From NCBI GenBank assembly GCA_964247055.1, contig OZ176057.1, positions 3,596,001 to 3,660,000 of the forward strand: a stretch of 64,000 bases of DNA, written 5' to 3'. The DNA is from Paragordius varius (Eukaryota; Animalia; Nematomorpha). Position 1 is the first letter of the stretch. The number at the start of each line of letters is the position of its first letter. This document shows positions 1 through 13,376 of this stretch, one piece after another. Position numbers and translations under genes: made by a program. The notes under the pieces are model-generated. The model saw nothing but the letters and a program-made list of their open reading frames with translations. It was not told where the DNA came from and ran no database searches.

Positions 1-114
1 CGTATATATATTTACTCTTAACATAATTTACCCTAAAAATTAATTTACAAACCCATTAAATTTTTCTTATAAAAATCTATAAAATGTGAAATTTGAACAA
101 AAAAATCACCATAC

Positions 115-366
115 CCAGGGATCAAAGTTGGTGCTTCTTGTTGTAAAATAGCAAGACCCTCTTGAATTTGCATTAGAGCTTTCATGGCTTTCGGGTTACT
201 TAAAACGCTTTGTAAATTAGGGTTTTGCATCTTTCGGGCGATTGGAATAAAGAAAAAATTATATGAAACCATAACTTTTATTTAAAAAAACTATTTACTG
301 GTTCAATAAAAGAGAACCTAAATTAGTCTATGCTTGGTTATAAAAGTTTAAAGTTTAATATTATCG

Positions 367-401
<35 letters not shown>

Positions 402-2378
402 AAACTGATGCAATATTCATTAATTATCCGCTATAACCGCTAATTTTTTATCAGTTTATGTTAATGTGTTTAAGTGAAATTAAGGGATATCCATATTAAA
501 CAATAAAAGAGGAATTATTACGGTACTTTTTAAATTATGGCTTTAATTATTCTAAAAAATTTATAAAATATAACATACTTGTTGAATAAAGAGTGGTAAT
601 TGAGCCTTAATTTGTGCAGCTAAGGTTGGATTATTTGCAAACATTGGGTTGGACATTATAATCTAATGTACATGTGTAAAATAAAATAAAAAAACATTTG
701 AATTAATTATTATAGGGTCAAAAAATAATTAAATGATAAATAATAAAAAAAATTTTGCTAATTAAAAAATGCGTTTTATTTATATGCAATAAACCATTTT
801 AGTACCAAATATTGCTACAATATACATTTTAATGGTAGTTTTCACACTATATATAGGCGATTTGGAACAGGAGTGTATAAAAAAACATCAAAATAAATAA
901 CCAATTATTTCCTTTCTTTTTCCATACACTACTACTGTGTTGCAAATTGCCCGCCCTACTATAGTGTGAAATAAGCAACCATTAAAATGCATACTCTAAT
1001 GTAAAAATACAGTCATGTATCCTTTATTTTATCTAAAATTTATTTTCTTTCGTTAAATAGGGGTATAAATATTTGGTAAAAAATGGAAAAAACAAGAGCT
1101 CTATGGTGATTCTTATACTTTTTTGATGAATATGATTTTGTTAATACCATAGAGCTCTTGTTTTTTCCATGATAAAAAACATAAACGTTAAAACTAAATG
1201 ACAATATATATTTTAGAAAAGACAATCCCAGCCAAACTCTTTCAAACCTAAACTTTCCGTTCATAAACATTATAATATCAATTTCCATCTCTTCCTTAGT
1301 CACATAGTACTACAATACTATTAAGAATAAGTTATATTTGAAAAAGACTATGGGGGTTGCCTTTTTAAAAAATATTACCAGAGTTAAATATTTTTGCGTT
1401 TTGTCGGTTTTCTAATTTTTACTGTAATTTTTTAATGGAAATTTTTTAAAAAAACGTTCATCACCTAATATTAATGATAGGAAAGTTAAGTAAAAAATTA
1501 TATTTCTAAACATCTTATGCTATAAAAGGTAATATCTTTGACACTTTTATTTTATAGACATTTTTCAAAAATTTTAATTTTAAAACAAATTTCAAGGTTA
1601 AAAGAAAAGCCTAATCATCAAATTTTAGTCAGTGCATACAAAATTAAAATTAAAGAAAAAATATATTACAATGAAGACAATATATATATGCTCTAGTATC
1701 AAACTTGTTTCGGGATTTAACCATTTTTATCAGAAATATCTCTCAGCCGAACAAAAAAGTTTGATTTTTTTTGTAAAAAATGACAATTTTTAATAAAACT
1801 CATATGTTTTTCCATTAAAAATTGTTTAAACATATCTTTATGGACATAAATATTTTGTTAACAAAAACATCTGTGCGTAATTAATCCTATTTTATTCAAA
1901 TAAAACTTTTGTTGGACAAAAAATTTTTTTCAGAATATCTATCCACCTACCTGTTCATACATGGATGGATTATTACTCAGGGTTTCAAGGGTACTTTTCA
2001 TATATGGACTATTTATAAGGTTTTGCATTAGGCCAGGATTCGCTGACATTTGTTGTAATAAACTTTGCATGCTGGCTGAGTTAAAGGCCGCTAACATATG
2101 TCAAAAAGTAAAATAGGGATAGAATAAAAAAATTCTGCCGAAACAATCAAAATTTGCCCAAATTGGTTTAAAAAAATTTCGTTTTTATGATTAAACAAAC
2201 CCTTAATGCCATAAATTTCTGTTTGCTAACAATTAACTCAATTAAATCATTTATTTGCCTATTATTTCAAGAATTCATAAAATTAAAGGGAAAAAATGTC
2301 GGTCAAAAGGTTTTTTATAAAGTTACGATTTCACATTTTGCAAAAAATATGCGCGCATAGACCCAATTTTTTACATAT

Positions 2379-2424
<46 letters not shown>

Positions 2425-5400
2425 TAGATATGAATAGTGGAACATAAAACTACCCCAAAAAGTCACGATATATGCGCAATTTTAAATTATTAAATAATAA
2501 TTTGATGCACCCAAAGAAACCTAAACTATTTAATTGAGTCAATCAACTACTCAAATTTATAAAATTCAAATTTTTAAAACATAAATAATGCAAAAAGTAT
2601 CATAGCTATCTATTACCATGCACAAAAAAGTGCTTAAATCTCAAATTAATATAAAGCCATTTAAAAAAACATAAAAAGTTAATAAAAAATTACCTAAATT
2701 ATCAAAAATATAGATAGTTTGCGAATCTTGGGTTAATAAACTCACTTTATTTTTACAAAAAAAAACAAACTTTAAAATATATAAATAACTCATTTTTTTC
2801 AAAGAAAAAACAAAACTTAAAATTATAAAAAATTTACGAATAGTTGTAGATCCGATGCCGGTATTAGAAGTTGGGTTTATTTGAGCCCTACTAACATTAA
2901 CATTAGTGTTAGAAGTCCAGGGGTTAGGCATAGGTGCATTAACACTATTTCCTCCTTCTACCGTGGTAGAGTTTTCATTGGAATTAACATTCATTGCATT
3001 ATTATTTTGATCTAAAATGTTGTGGATTAATTATAAAAAAGGAAATAACATAAAGACAACTATATTAATTTGACTTTAAAGTTTTAATATTGTTAATAAA
3101 GATATATTAATTTGACTTAAAGTTAAAAAAATGTTTGTTAAATTTAATATAGACACACTTTTTTTCGTAGATAAAAACCATATTTTTGAACAATTGATTC
3201 GATTTAATATACTATATTATTTTAGAAGTGTACGAAGGATAGATATGTAATATAGTGACAAACTCAATCTTATGTTTCATCCTAATATATATTTATTTAA
3301 AATTTTATAAAAACGATAAAATTCCTTTTCTCCTTATATATGTATTCAATCTTGATAAACTTAAATATTTTTATATATAATTAAATTCTATTCTCCTTTT
3401 TTTTAATGTTTTATTTTGGTTTCTAATTTAAATTTTAATGTATAAAATAATGATATCATGTAAAGTTAAAAAAATGTAAAATTTCCATAATCTCATTAAA
3501 CTATTTATATGTTTTTGATAAAAAAATTTGTAGAAAATTAAAATAAATAAACTTCTTAAGGCTGCAAAAGGATTTGCACCAAATTGATCTGTTGCTGCGT
3601 TAAGCAATGGTTCCTGAACATCCGTATACATACGTCTCAATAAATTATATCCTCCTGGAATGCTCTAAAAAAAGTTAATATCATTAAAAGAAAAATTATG
3701 TAATTGTTTGTGTAAAAATTATTGAAATATTATATCAGGGCGGATTGTAAAAATTGATATAACTTAAATGACAATCAATTTTTTTTCATTATATAATACC
3801 TATCTTTTTGAGTTATGTAAATTGGTAATACATACAATCAACTATATAATTCATCTATTAGGTTTATAAAGAAAAAAAATATCAAAATTTAAAATTGTAA
3901 GCCTGTCTATATACATGCAAAAATATTTGTATTTTAATTTTACTGTGTTAGTAGAAGTTTTTTTAGTGGTTACAAATAACAGTAACTAAATATAATGTAT
4001 TATATGTAAAGTTTTATTTAATACTTATAATATCAAATATATGGCCGTTTACTGTAAAAACTAAAAACAATTCAGCCCCCTATCCCCCCTTAAAATTAAA
4101 CTTTTATTATGCACTTTTCAATCTTAGAGCAAGGGTAATCCGATGTTTAGAATCAAAGAATTAAAATTGCCTATATACTATATGAGTAAGTATACATTGA
4201 TAATTAACACCGAATAGCATAGTTTTAGCAAAGGGCAATATATATACCATTTTCAATCAAACTCTCCCTTTAACAATTAAATTCACCCTAAAAATAAATT
4301 ATGTGTTTTCTGGCTAATATAAATCATCATTTATAAGGAATGTATTCTTATGGCATAGTATATTATTTTTTCAGTATTATATCAATTCAAAATGGAATTT
4401 ATTATTTAAAAATATAAAAAAATATAGGTAATTTTAAATCTTGCAAAAAACACATAGTTTTTTTAGGGTGAATTTGAACTGTAATTGGTATAATTCGCGT
4501 ATAATTAATTTTTTCACTCTATTTTTTAATGTTATATTAAACGACAATAATAATCTCCTTGCCTTTAATATGAAAAACTAGCAATATATGTATAAAATAC
4601 GTACTCATATTGTATCCTAACAAAATACTTAGATAAGTGATAAAATGAACGTTTTGTTTTAGGAGCTTATATAATATAATCAACTTAAGCAAATTAAATC
4701 ATTTCAAATCTTTTGAAGAATTATTCAAAAATATCGATGATATACAGTAACGAGCACTATACTTTTACAGGCCATATTTGGGATTCAAATGGTTTTAAAA
4801 AGAGTAATTAATTCCCATGTGTGCTACCATTTATGACATTTTTCATATTTATTAGTGACATGTTAATTTGAACACACCCTGCCCCCCCCCCCCCCGACCC
4901 ATAATTTACAAAAATGCAAATAAAACGAAAAAATCTTATATACCTGGTTGCTATGGTTACTGACATGTAAATTAAATACCCTCTAACCATTTAAATTACA
5001 ATAGTATGGACTTTATAATAGTGCTCATTACAGTAGAGTTAAATAACGAGCGTAATACAAATAAGAATATGATTTTTTCCCTCTAAATTGTGTATTGCAA
5101 TCATTAGACGCCAGCGAGAAGGTCCTATTTTATACTTAACACAATATTTTATTCTTATATACCAGTAATACTTCAAAATAAACATTGATTAATTCATATT
5201 TACTATTAAACAAATCAAATTTACCCTAAAATATATTATGTGTTTTTTAGGAGTAAAATTACTGTTTTTTTTAATATAATTAAAAAGCTAAATTCTCTTT
5301 TAAACAATACTGAAAGGATATTAAATTATGCTATACATACTCCATATAATAAGCGAGTATTGGCCCAAAAACACATAATTTATTTTTCGAGTGAAATTGA

Positions 5401-5626
5401 TTCGAAGGCACATAAAATTAAAAAAAAATTTTAAAAAACGATTACTAAAAAGATCAACTTTGATTCAAAACTCTATAACTACTATATTAAAAAGCTTAAG
5501 AAGAACTAAATTTATATGTACCTCTAAATTACTTAGGGCCCTATCTTGATTCCTCATCATCTCCTGTAACATAACAGGATTTCGCGCTAATTCCATAGTC
5601 TAATATAAAAATTAAATCCTAAAAAA

Positions 5627-5667
<41 letters not shown>

Positions 5668-6876
5668 TCATAATCATATTTTCCAATTATCATTTATTTA
5701 GTATGATGTTTTAATTATTATTTTATTAATGTTAGTTCATTCATTGAAAAGGTAACTAACATGTATCAAAAAAATTGGACACTGTTAAACTTAAATATAT
5801 TTTATCATCAAATATTAAACAATTTTATAATTTAGATATTTAAAAGATAATTGGTTTTTTGAATTTTGTAAAATTAAATCTTTGCTATATTTATATAAGT
5901 ATATACTTCTCTCATAAGCTCAGGGTTATTTAGTACATGGCTCAATTCAGGATTGCGCTAAAAAAAATAAAAAAAAATTAAAATATAAAAAAAGACAAAA
6001 GGTGAAAATTAAAAGACAATTAAATTATAAATAATATGACATATAAATATCTTTGCATTTTGAATTCCATAATAAGAAATAGAGATGCAATTTGTAACAT
6101 ACTCAATAATATATTATACCATTTACAAATCAAATTCACCCTTAAACAATTCAAATTCACCCTCAAATAAAAGATATGTTTTTTTTAAGGATTAAAAATT
6201 ATCTTATATATTTTAAAATATAAATTTTGTTTTAAATAAAAAAACCAAAAACATAATAAACTATGCCATAAGACATATTATAAATTAATAATTAGTTATA
6301 TTAGTTCAAAAACACAATTTATTTTTAGTCTAAAATTAAATTGTTCGAAAGGTGAAATTGAATTCTAAATATGATTATTGGAAAATCGGTTAAAGTAAAG
6401 TATTTATCCAAAAAAAATATTTCTTTATTTTGTCTTAAATTTTTTTATTTAGTAATTACAATTATAAGAAAAATAATATCATACATATCAAACTGCTTTC
6501 GGCGTTAAATGTAACATTATAAATTAAAAAAAATAAAAACGCCATCACAATCTATTAAAATCAAAAACTTAACAAATAATATATTTATATAAATGCCAAG
6601 TTTTTCCTCATTATTTTATTTAAATTTCAATTACATATATTAAAAAATTGAAACCATTTTAGTTTAAAATTTAACAATTTTTCCAAAAATTCAAAAAAAG
6701 TTCAAAAAAAAAATTTATACAAAAGTTTAAAAAATAATTTGTTACATCCATTAGTTCCTGCATTTGAGGATTAGAAGCCATGAGATCTCTCATTATGCCA
6801 GGGTTCCCCATCAAATTTTGTACCAAGGGATTATTTAACATTTGTTGCATAAGTTGTGGATTTCCCATTAGCTTTT

Positions 6877-6913
<37 letters not shown>

Positions 6914-9900
6914 ATTTACAGTTTAAATTCACCTCACCCTTGAACAATTCAAATTCACCCTTGAACAATTCAAATTTACCCTTTTGAACAATTCAAATTC
7001 ACCTTTGAACACAATTCAAATTCACCCTTGAACAATTCAAATTCACCTTTGAACACAATTCAAATTCACCCTTGAACAATTCAAATTCACCCTTAAACAG
7101 TTCAAATTCACCTTTGAACACAATTCAAATTCACCTCACTCTTGAACAATTCAAATTTACCATTTACAGTTTAAATTCACCACCCTTGAACAATTCAAAT
7201 TCACCTTTGAACACAATTCACCCTCACCCTTGAACAATTCAAATTCACCACCCTTGAACAATTCAAATTCACCTTTGAACACAATTCAAATTAACCCTTG
7301 AACAATTCAAATTCACCCTTAAACAGTTCAAATCCACCCTTAAACAATTCAAATTCCCCCTTTGAACACAATTCAAATTCACCCTAAATGTAAATTATGT
7401 GTTTTCGAACTAATATAACTCCTCATTATTAATATGAAATATGAGTTTATGGTGTAATTTATTATTTTTTCAGTATTAATTTAATTTAAATTTTCGAACT
7501 AATATAACTCCTCATTATTAATATGAAATATTATGAGTTTATGGTGTAGTTTATTATTTTTTCACTATAAATTTAATTTAAAACAAAATTTTTATTTTTA
7601 AAAAAATATATTAAATATAGATATTTTTTAATCTTAAAAAACATATATTTTATTTGAGGGTGAATTTAAATTGTTCAAGGGTGAATTTAAATTGTTTAAG
7701 GGTGAATTTGAATTGTTCAAGGGTGAAATTGAATTGTAAATGGTATATATATAGTGCAAAAAAATTATTAACAAAATAATTTTTTTTCATGAGATAGCTT
7801 ATGACCAGCGTATTCATTTGCCGCAAAATTTTTTATTTGCTTACGACCTGTAGATTTTTAAATATTGGGAGAAAATCTAAATCGGATACAAAAAGTGAAA
7901 TAAAGGATAATAAAGGATGATTTGAGTATTATGATTTATTATCTATCATTTTAGCAGATATTTTTAATATATAAATAGTCTAAAATCTTATAGTTAGGCT
8001 TTCTTCTCAGTTCAAAAGGCGTATTTCTTTTAACACACTTAAAAGACATTTTTTTTAATGAAACTATATTAAAAAAATTTTTTAATTAATTACTAGCTAA
8101 ACTCACTATTAAAATCTTAACAGTCATATATTTTATTAAGTAAATATTGTTTATTATTTTATCATTTTTTGTTATTTGGTTCTAACTATATGATTTTCGG
8201 CTATTTTTATATTGAAAATATATTTTAAAATGATAATAAACCATAATATCTCAACTTTTATCATTATTTTTTAACTTATCCTTAATTACCCTTAATTTTC
8301 ACTTTTTGCAGTATTTCAAAAACTAGGTCGTCAACAATTTTAAATTTTTACGGCAAATAGATTCACTTTGTTCATGTAAAAATTTATGTTCAAAAACATT
8401 AACCTATGCATTTTAATGGTTGCTTATTTCACACTATAGTAAGGGGGACAATTTACAACACAGTACTGTATGGAAAAAAGATAGGGAAAAATTATTTATT
8501 CAGCATTTTATCGTTTTTTCCATACACTACTGTGTTGCAAATTGCCCCCAACTATAGTGTGAAAAAAGCAACCATCAAAATGCATACTGTAAATATAAAA
8601 AATATATTTAGATTTAAAAAAAGCTTTTTATTTAATAAAAGTTGACAAAAAACTTTAAGAAATAAGGTATACTCTCTAACAAATAGATTTTATCATCTAA
8701 TAAGAGGTAAAACAAGGAAAATTAGTATTGGCTTAAATAACCTTTTTTAGCTTTTTCTTACTATTAGAAATAAAATAAGCAATGTATAATTACTCATACT
8801 GTATACCAAATATTATAAATGTATAAATTTAGAAACCATTGGGATTTAAGGTAGAATTGTTTTTTATAGAGATACCTAAATTTCATGAGATAAGCTTATA
8901 AATTTGTGTTATAAGTTAGTTTATTTAAACTGGTTTATTATTAAAATTGTGTGTAATAAAATAATATAGATGTACTTTGATTTTTAAGCTTAGAATATGC
9001 TTTTACCAGTTTTATATGATATTAATTTTTAACATAAATTTTATAAATGTTAGCATAGAAATCGTAAGTGAACCAACCTGTTACCGGTTTCGAATTATTT
9101 TTTGATAAAATCGATGGTTTTGAAAAAAAATATCATCCGGTTTACAAACATTTTCGCCCAAAATATAACAGTTTGAGGTAAGGGGTTAATTTTTTACACT
9201 TAAATAGTTATGAAAGGTAATAGATAGTTTCAATTTACAAATTCAAAAAATATTTTTAACTAAGTTACAATATAATTTTTTTCGTTAATAAAATTTGATA
9301 ATATATGTATTCGAATATCAAAAAGTATTTTTTTCACATTTTTATCACCGTAATTATTAGTCTTACAATCTAAATTTTGGTGATTTTTTTCATTAGCATT
9401 TGAAATGTCGAGATTATTGTGAAACAATGTATGTATAATTGTAAAAAATATTATAAAGAATTTAAAACCACAAAAACTTACTATGATAATATTATTTATA
9501 TAGTAAAAAATCCTTAGATAGTATATATTTTAAGTAAATAAATTCAAGAAATTAATTACGGTAAAAATTGAAATTATACGGACAAAACCTAAAAATATAA
9601 AGAAAAATATTTTTTGTCCAAAAAACAACCATACTTAAACTTCATTTTTAAAAAGATATCTCATTGTTTTAAATTGCAAATTACAAAATTGATATGTATA
9701 TTAGTTCCACTATCAATTATATATTTTACAATTGTAATCATATAATTTATATGAGAAAAATTAAGGTTTATAAAAGTATGGTTGACTTTAAAAAAAAATA
9801 TTTGTCTTTATATTTTTACTTTTTGTCCGTATAATTTCAGTTTTCTGTATAAGCATTAACAAATATTTTAAAAGATTTTAGAGCTATGATTGTAAAAACA

Positions 9901-11959
9901 ACTTTATTTAAATTGACCATTTTTGCTATAGTTTATTGCCGCCAAAATTAGGGAGAGAATTATTAAAAAATTTATTTAATAAAAATATTTTAACTGGAAT
10001 TTCGTAAAATTTTGTGGTTAAGATTTTCCCTGAGCCCCTTAGAGATGGAAATTAGGTATTTTACGCTTTGTATTCGGATAAATTAGGGTTTAAAAAAAGT
10101 ATATGGTTATCTTTTGAAGGTAAAAATTTTTTTGTCTTTTTTCGTTTCATCTGTATAATTTCAATTTTTATTTTATGTTATAAAATTATTTTAAAAAACT
10201 ACCTCTCCTTGTAGACGTTGTTGAAGATCATTCATGTTGGCTATATTTATATTTGTAACATTAAAAAAATTATAAAAAAATAAAATTATATAAATTTTGG
10301 AACATATTCAAAATGACAACAAATTATTTGAAATAGATTTATAAAAATAAAATAAAAGGCAATATATAAAAAATGTAAAGCCAAATTCATAAATTTTTAT
10401 ATAATAATTTATGAATAATTGAACAATAATTTAGTAATCCCATTAGATTTATAAAGGTACACCACCAAGTGAAATAGCTGCCTTTTATAAAAAAAGATAT
10501 CTCTTATTTCGGTAAACTTTGATTTGTAAAAAAAAATCAAACTGCCAAAAGAAAAATTCACATAAAAAATGTATTGATCGGTCTAAAAAAAATATATATA
10601 AAAAAGTTGGAAATTTATTTAAAAGCGTGTCATAAAATATCGTCCCCAGCGTTAAAAAAATTATATAAAGTTTTATATCGACCAAACCGCAAGGAAAGTT
10701 AAAACACGCCTGAATGAACACACGTATAACATAAAGAATGGGGATTTTAAAAGTTGTATTGCGGAACATTGTTGAAAGGAAAACTATAATGTTTCCTTTG
10801 ACAATGTCAGTTGCATTACGATTTTCAATAATAATCAAAGGTTTACACGAGAATCATTAGAAATTCTCAAAGGAAACAACTTTAACCGAGAGGAGGAGGG
10901 ACAAAAGATGAGTGATATATGGAAAGTCATTATTCTTGATGATTGATCCCATATGGACTCTTTTGTTTTCAACTCAAAGTTGTTGTCCCTTATTTATTTT
11001 TTGTGTCCTTTTTTTAGTATATGGTTGTAAATTTAATAAATTGTTTGTTCGACATGGTTAAAACCACTCTCAATGACAAATTGTTTTAACTTATCATTTT
11101 TTAAGGAAGAAACAACAATAAACGTTTTAAAAAAATTGTATAAAGAACAACCATTTTATCCAAACTCATTTATATATATTTTTTAACGCTGAGGACGGAC
11201 ATAAGTTATAGTGTCCGAAACCGTTGGCAAATTTTATTTATTCTATGACACGTTTTAAAATAAATTTCCATATATTTTATAATATTCACGTGTCGAAAAT
11301 GATTTATATTCTACAATAAAAAAATTTTGCCTAGAAAAAACAAAAATGCCACAAATCCGATTTTCAGGAAAATCAAATTGTCAATTTATGTTTTTTTAGA
11401 AAAAAAAACTTTAACATCACCTGATCCTAAATTCATGTTTCCTAAACCAGGAATCCCACCGATTGATCCTAAATCAAAAGGAGAAGCAGCGATATTTGGT
11501 GGGTGGTTAGGTGTTGTTCCAATATTATTATTATTTCCCTAAAATTTAAGATGCATCAAATAGATAAAAATAAATGTGTTAGTATTTAGATATAAATAGT
11601 TATAAAATACTGATATTTCTTGCATCCTGGATGTAGGCTCAATTGGCTAAAGAATTATAAAACTTTATAAACTTTATTGGGACTCCGAATTACCAAATGA
11701 ACAGTCAACCCATCCTTTATATCTAATGTAATATATAATATGCGTATTACTTAATTCAGTTAAAGTTTGTCCATCCTTCAAGATTTTACCAGCAAAAATT
11801 AGGCATAATTGTTCCGCAGGAGCATTATATAATTTTGAAATTTGATTTTTTAACTATGGATAAAATTAAATTTCAAACCTCATCAACACTTGCATTTTGA
11901 GAAATTTCTAATTCTTTCTGCTCTTTTGGTGTTTTAATTTTTAATTTTATAAGGGACAT
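115..11959 (-). CDS. UBQLN: Ubiquilin (UBL + STI1 repeats; UBA-encoding 3' end lies beyond the window start)
   Basis: Exons on minus strand: 11879-11959, 11751-11853, 11673-11722, 11611-11646, 11421-11538, 10203-10240, 6746-6871, 5907-5957, 5522-5599, 3553-3664, 2838-3011, 1951-2090, 579-662, 115-230. All introns are GT-AG and phases are consistent (435 codons + 2 nt). Translation gives a UBL domain ([13 protein letters not shown]...[15 protein letters not shown]...[12 protein letters not shown]) and ubiquilin motifs ([72 protein letters not shown]). Confidence 0.95.
818..996. mobile_element. Family C MITE copy
   Basis: Degenerate TIRs with the same core (CCATACACTACTACTGTGTTGCAAATTGCCC). 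Confidence 0.8.
1010..1175. mobile_element. Family B MITE, right-truncated
   Basis: TA|CAGTCATGTATCCTTTATTTTATC left arm with the AAGAGCTCTATGGT core. Confidence 0.8.
4247..4488. mobile_element. Family A MITE copy
   Basis: tata|CCATTTTCAATC...GAACTGTAATTGG|ta with the family core (ccctaaaaataaattatgtgtttt). Confidence 0.8.
4745..5033. mobile_element. Family J Tc1/mariner-type MITE
   Basis: TA|CAGTAACGAGCACTAT...ATAGTGCTCATTACAG|TA, with an internal C14 run at 4882-4895. Confidence 0.65.
6119..6372. mobile_element. Family A MITE copy (degenerate right end)
   Basis: tata|CCATTTACAAATCAAATTCACCC left end, family core, GGTGAAATTGAATT right end. Confidence 0.75.
6912..7743. mobile_element. Family A MITE (CCATTTAC...GTAAATGG) in a (TA)n tract, with expanded 21-23 bp subterminal array
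   Basis: Perfect terminal inverted repeats flanked by TA repeats. About 19-20 copies of TTGAACAATTCAAATTCACCC at 6920-7385, inverted copies at the right end, and an internal tandem duplication of roughly 90-100 bp at about 7400-7580. Confidence 0.9.
7754..8400. mobile_element. Family F palindromic deletion derivative
   Basis: Left arm (TTTTTCATGAGATAGCTTATGACCAGCGTATTCATTTGCCG) and inverted right arm (GGTCGTCAACAA...CGGCAAATAG). Confidence 0.75.
8405..8589. mobile_element. Family C MITE copy
   Basis: TATGCATTTTAATGGTTGCTTATTTCACACTATAG...AAAATGCATACTG|TA. Confidence 0.85.
9559..9847. mobile_element. Family G MITE (TA|CRGTAAAAATTGAAATTATACGGAC...GTCCGTATAATTTCAGTTTTCTG|TA)
   Basis: TIRs with TA flanks. 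Relatives at 61501-61775, about 10090-10170, about 38480 and about 63485. Confidence 0.8.
10450..11290 (+). mobile_element. Decayed Penelope-like retroelement 3' fragment (GIY-YIG endonuclease) in ubiquilin intron 5
   Basis: Frame 10671-10946 reads [90 protein letters not shown], the PLE pattern YIGQT.R.LKTRL.EH...S.IAEH...R...ES.EI....NFNR..G...IW. A degenerate GVYKI-like stretch (CHKISSP) lies upstream in another frame. Confidence 0.85.
11185..11230 (+). ncRNA. Hammerhead-ribozyme-like core of the Penelope element (probably degenerate)
   Basis: CTGAGGA (11189-95), C, GGACA/TGTCC stem II with a 10-nt loop, then GAAAC (11217-21). It lies downstream of the PLE endonuclease. Stem III and the cleavage triplet look truncated. 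Confidence 0.55.
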
Positions 11960-13376
11960 ATATTTATGTTGCAGACAAGGTATAAAAATGAATTTATGAA
12001 AATAAAAGTGCAGAATTTAAAATTTTTTATTTATGTGAAAATATATTTATTATAAATAATATATTAGAGTATATTATATCCGTACTAAATAAAAATTTTT
12101 TGGTAAAAGTTAAATGCTTTATTATAAAAATATTATAAAATAGCATTAAACTAAAATTATAAATTCAAATTGTTAACTCTCTTTTTTAACCTTTACAATG
12201 AAAAGATATTTAAAAGCACAAAGTCTAGGTTTTGCGGAAAGATTTTTAGATATGGTGTAGATGTGACAGTCAAATATTATCCTTATGAAACATGTGTATT
12301 TTACAGGAAAGTATCTGGATTATAATGTTTGTTTTAGGTGGCATTAACAATTAAAAAGGTTGTGTCACTGTTTTGGTAACTGCTCATATCAAGCAAAATT
12401 TGCGCACAATTATTTCAACCAATTTTTTTGAATAAAACTAGGTTCTTCATAAAAATATGTAAATATATTATGACCTACATATGAAAATCAAGATATATTT
12501 CTATAAAATGTGATTTTAGATTTTGTTATTTTAAAATACTTATTAATATAAATTGGGATAATAAAATCTTAAATATACAGTTAGTAGATATAATATTCTG
12601 ATAGAAAAAAAATCAGGAGTATCATGATGCTTATGGTTTTGGTCCTTACGAGTGGTAAAACAATGTTATTTTAATTGTATTCTGAAAATGACCAAATTCG
12701 CATTTTATTTAGTATAATATTTTTGTCTAAAGCTGATGTTTCATTCTATGAACATATAATGAACTATGCATAAGAAGTATATAACATTCTCAAACTTTTA
12801 ATATTTAGATGTATAAATGTCATAATTTTTGCTCTTCTAAAATGAGATAGTTCTTTTTAGAATAAGCGTAAAAATGCCGTGTTCGCGAGGCAAATATTTT
12901 AAATATAGGCTAAATGTACAACTATGAAAAATTAATACCTTTTTTGGTGTTTTTAGCGTTATTTTGTTGAAGCGTACTTCATAATACTTTGAGGCGAAAC
13001 GGTAAAAAACCCTTACGATAATAAATTTTTTTTCAATCTTATTGGACGATGCTGAATATTTCTATCGCTTTAGAAATATATTTTAAGGTTAATTTCTTAA
13101 ATTTTTGGCCCATTTGTATAAACGCATAGTTATGTCATACATTTGATGAACCAATACTTATATCTTTAAAATGACCTCAATATCAACTTTTCTTGCTTGC
13201 TAAGATTTAATTTTTCATCACAGGCTTGAAAAACAAGTCAAATCACAGTTTGTTTATAAAAAATATCCTGAAATTTTTGATATGAAAATGTATCTCAAGC
13301 TTTTGATTTTGGCTTACGGAGTGATATAAAAAATTATTATTTGTAGTATCATTCAGAAAATAAGGAAACTGGACAT

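Noticed and set aside
6920-7385. 21-23 bp repeat array as a CRISPR array
   Set aside because: Units are contiguous with no unique spacers, sit inside a MITE in a spliceosomal intron, and no cas genes are present.
6920-7385. TGAACAATTCA units as tandem heat-shock elements
   Set aside because: GAA-to-TTC spacing is 3 or 5 nt, not the 2 nt required for nGAAnnTTCn.
10485-10838. 117-aa minus-strand ORF as a gene
   Set aside because: It is the antisense shadow of the Penelope endonuclease relic, with no motif or splice support.
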